Assembly (NCBI RefSeq): GCF_003704095.1
Contig: NW_020843829.1
Coordinates: forward strand, 372,001 to 436,000
Source of the DNA: Pocillopora damicornis
Lineage: Eukaryota
DNA length: 64,000 bases
Direction of reading: 5' to 3'
The translations under genes were made by a program, and so were the position numbers. Below are positions 60,630 through 64,000 of the stretch, piece after piece (the first letter of the stretch is position 1; the number at the start of each line of letters is the position of its first letter). Below the pieces are notes generated by a model. That model ran no database searches, was not told the origin of the DNA, and worked only from the letters and a program-made list of their open reading frames with translations.

Positions 60630-62379
60630 TCAGCTAAAAATCTTGTCCCCCGTTGTGGGCAAGACTTGTTTCCCTCGTTCTAACATGGTTTGCGCGTTCT
60701 CAACTGCTTCTGTGATTGGCTGTGATCGGGTTTATTGCGACTGTGATGAGTGATCAGCTGCTATGATGATCGTGGTGTAATCAGCTGTTATCTGACGCAA
60801 CTGTTGGATTTGCGTCAAATTCGAAACTGCTATGTAACAGCTTCTACTGATTGAAGGTGAGAGGTGAAAATTTACCAAATGAAAAATTAAGTTCTTTTCT
60901 TTTTCACTTGGCCTCATTCTCTAGGCATTTAAAGCTGAAGTTTTTAGAAAACCGCAACAATTGGAAAATTTAAGGGAAAAAGAACTAACAATAACAAATG
61001 AATTTCAGCCAGTAGAGTACTCTTTAAAAAAAAAATAGTAGTTATCAGAGAGAGAAAACACCAGCACTGACTTGGCAAGGACAGAAGGAGCGTTTTCGTT
61101 TTAAAAGCTTCGTTTTGGATTTGCCGTAATAGGAGAACTAGACCGTAATTTAAACTGATTTCTACTCAAGGTCTCTGACTTGAAATCCCGTTTTGTTGTT
61201 CAACTCATTTTCTCTGTATATTTACTTCCACTGATCATCCCCGTCTATAATTAAAGAAAAAGTTCCCTCGCGCTCTCGAACTTTTGATCGTGCTTTCGAG
61301 TTAGAGTTGCTCTTGAATTAATACGTTATGGCCTGTTTGTTGTGGGAATAAGTCAGCTAAATGGGAATTTCCGAGATTACCATGTCACGAAGGTCAGTGA
61401 CTATCAATGATCTGGTTTCCATTGCAAGTACAACAACTCCTTTTGTAAATATCCCGAAAGAAAACGCGACAATCTTAAGCTGTCCTTTTTCCCAGCTACA
61501 CCGAGATATATTCGATATGATTTCGATAAAAATATACGCAGTCATCGATGATTCACATCACTTACATTGGTTACCAAATGAACAGGTTTGAACATCCGAT
61601 TCCGTCACAGGTCTATAAGTGACTAAGTATTATTTACTTAGAGTTTCTTATCAAAAATTCCATGAAGTCATGATATTTACATTGCAGCTATTTTTGTCAG
61701 TAGCGTTCTGACGTGGAAGTGTTAAACTGATAAGATCGCTATTACTCGATGAAACATGGCCCTTAATTTAGGGTTGATGTTCTATTCTCTTAAATAATGT
61801 CTCTTTACCGTTGACAGGCGTAATAAGTGAAGTCAGCAGGATTCCTGAGGAGTTCTTAAATTTACGCGGTGCGAGCGAGGCGGGCTTACTGATAATTAAT
61901 TTTCAATAGAAATGAATTTCTTGCAAAAAAAAAAAAAAAAAAAGGAAAGAAGAGAAAAAGACCCTCTGGCTTAATCCGGGCAGAAAAATTGTATTTGTAC
62001 TTTCTACTTGATGACTGACAGGAACTGCTGAGGAATGGTATGGTCGGGAAACGGGAAGTTTCAAGGCAACAGCAAAAGTTATTTTCAAGCAAGTTTGATC
62101 CCCTGATTTTAAAAGTTAATAATTTTCGACGTTTATAACCTGTTCTTTTTTTTAAGTTGTAGTTGCTGAAGTTCATTACATAGTATCAACTAAGTTTTCA
62201 ATATTTTTTGAACAGATAATTCACATTTTGCACTCTCAGAGTATCGCTTAGTCTTTTTCCTGAAATGTGTAAGTAATATTCATAAAAATATCGTTTATTT
62301 GCCCCTGTCTAAATGGATCGTGACTCGCTTCTGACTCGCTTTAGACCCTCGGGTGAATTGAGTAGTTCCGTCAATCATA

Positions 62380-62834
62380 TGACGTCATTCTTTAATTTTT
62401 TTCAATTTATGCATTTTTCTTTAGACCGATTGCGAAAAAAAATTATGAAAGCGTTGAATCGTGTTACCTTTCTTCTTAGTATTTTGTAATTGTCAGTTCT
62501 ATATTATCATTTACTCATACATTGTGGTTCAAATGAAGTGAAGATATTCATGCTGTCGGTTGTACGTCTATATTGAAAGTTGCCGCTTGAACGAAGTGAT
62601 ATTTTTTTGTTTACTGTTTGATTATCGAGAAGCGGATCAAGATTACTACTTTAAGATTTTCCTCTATCAAAAGTGTTAGTGTAAGAAGAGACAAGCGTGA
62701 AAAAATCGAAGTTGTAACAATTAATTTGTATGCGCTAAAAACCTGCTATGACGTTGGCGCGTTCGGCTGTCTAATGCATTACTTCCGCAAAGTTTTTTTG
62801 ATTGGCCCGCGGGGAGGAAAAAACGTGCGATTGG
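62380..62834 (+). promoter_or_regulatory. Putative BICDL promoter elements
   Basis: Perfect CRE TGACGTCA at 62380-62387; two reverse CCAAT boxes (GATTGGCC) with ATTGG at 62801 and 62830; CpG-rich. Confidence 0.5.
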
Positions 62835-62993
62835 CCGATAAGCTGAATATAAATCGAGCGGATTTGCATTATAGTACAAAACAGTTTGCCAAGTCACTTT
62901 GACGTTCCTCCTGGCAGCGGAAAACAATTGAACGTTCATGCAAATTCGGTTCAGTTCGTTTACGCAAAACATTACGTCTGTTCTTCTCTTGTC

Positions 62994-63725
62994 ATGTGCG
63001 AGGTCTTATTGATGCGTGAAAATTATGGCGGTCGGCTGGCATTGAAGCAAATGAAGATCCCACCAGAAATCGTTTACTCTTTGGATATGAATGGATATGA
63101 AATTGGTGAAGGAAATTTTCACGGTGATAAAGATGTGAATGGAGAGGATTGTGACGGATTTGAGCGGGATTTCCATTGTAATGCGTCAGACGAAGATGGA
63201 GAGATTTTCGCCGGAGACGATGACGGAGCGGATGATGTCTATCGGCAGTTAGCGCAAAAGGAAAAGGACCTTCTCTTGGCTGCAGAGCTTGGGAAAGCTT
63301 TGTTGGAGAAGAACGAAGAGCTCAGCCAGAAGTATGAATTATTACAGGAGGAATATTCTCAAGCAGTCGAAGTACGTTTTTGTTGTTTTTTGTTGCTAGA
63401 TCCGCTTTTAGTTTTACACGCGCGAATGAATTTGTTGAGAGCAGGTTGCGGTAAGTTCGCGTTCGATTTTTGTCATCACGGAATTTTAACCTCTGAGTTT
63501 TTTTCTTAGGCACTGGAACAAGATAAATACGAGCTTAAACTCAAAGTGGAACGTTTGCAAAACGGGAGCGATTCGAGAGTTCATGAACTACAAGCAGATT
63601 TGAGAACGCTGCGAAATGAATTGAAAACACTCCAGTCCGACACGAACAACGACAAACAAAACAAGAGAGAAACGTTCGCTGGTCTCACGGAAGAGAATGA
63701 ACAACTTCATCTGGATCTACAAAAG
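62994..63725 (+). CDS. BICDL1: BICD-family-like cargo adaptor (BICDR/CCDC64), 5' part; gene continues beyond the window
   Basis: Exon 1 ends at 63371 (start ATG uncertain: 62994 or downstream); exon 2 is 63510-63725. QKEKDLLLAAELGKALLEKNEEL (CC1-box AAxxG)...ALEQDKYELK...SRVHELQADLRTLRNEL coiled coil. Confidence 0.85.
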
Positions 63726-64000
63726 GTAAGTATTTCCTTGTTTTTTACGTGACGAGATTTTTTTTCTTCGGCTGAAAGAGAGTTGGAGGTGAACTGATTG
63801 CCTTGTTAGTTATGTTTATTTTTAATTTTGAAACAGGAATGCATCCAAGATTAGAATTTCCATAATGAATTGAAACTTGTATGAAATTTAGTTCCGAAAT
63901 CCTTGTACATAACAAATGTTTTATTTTATACCGGAAATTTCACGTTTTAAACTACTTTTAGCCCACTGAAACCCGATCAGCTTAGGTAATCCGAGAAGGA

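Noticed and set aside
1-64000. tRNA, rRNA, CRISPR arrays or prokaryotic operons
   Set aside because: None recognised; the sequence is eukaryotic with spliceosomal introns.

Overview
AT-rich, intron-dense animal genomic DNA. The repeat families look like those of a stony coral (inference). There are three assembly gaps: 5610-5709, 7192-7304 and 41210-41219. By hand-splicing I reconstructed nine conserved genes: TIMM22(-), DERL2(+), VPS29(-), SUDS3(+), a FET/FUS-TAF15-EWSR1-family gene(-), RNF34/RFFL(+), NCBP3(+), an intronless TXNL4A/Dim1(+) and the 5' part of a BICDL/BICDR gene(+). The first six form three consecutive head-to-head pairs. Between RNF34 and NCBP3 lies an unrecognised gene (43535-46054) that looks like a lineage-specific transcription regulator: a repetitive disordered N-terminus, an RxSVI motif, a basic NLS microexon and a C-terminal zinc-finger-like domain resembling transposase DNA-binding domains. 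It is preceded by a duplicated E-box-rich non-coding module. Other notable points: three U12 minor-spliceosome introns (one AT-AC), a GC-AG intron, a FUS-exon-7-like frameshifting cassette exon flanked by the two longest introns, a highly basic N-terminal extension exon for SUDS3, two possible decayed divergent partner genes, and about 20 TTAA-flanked ~210-bp piggyBac-type MITEs.
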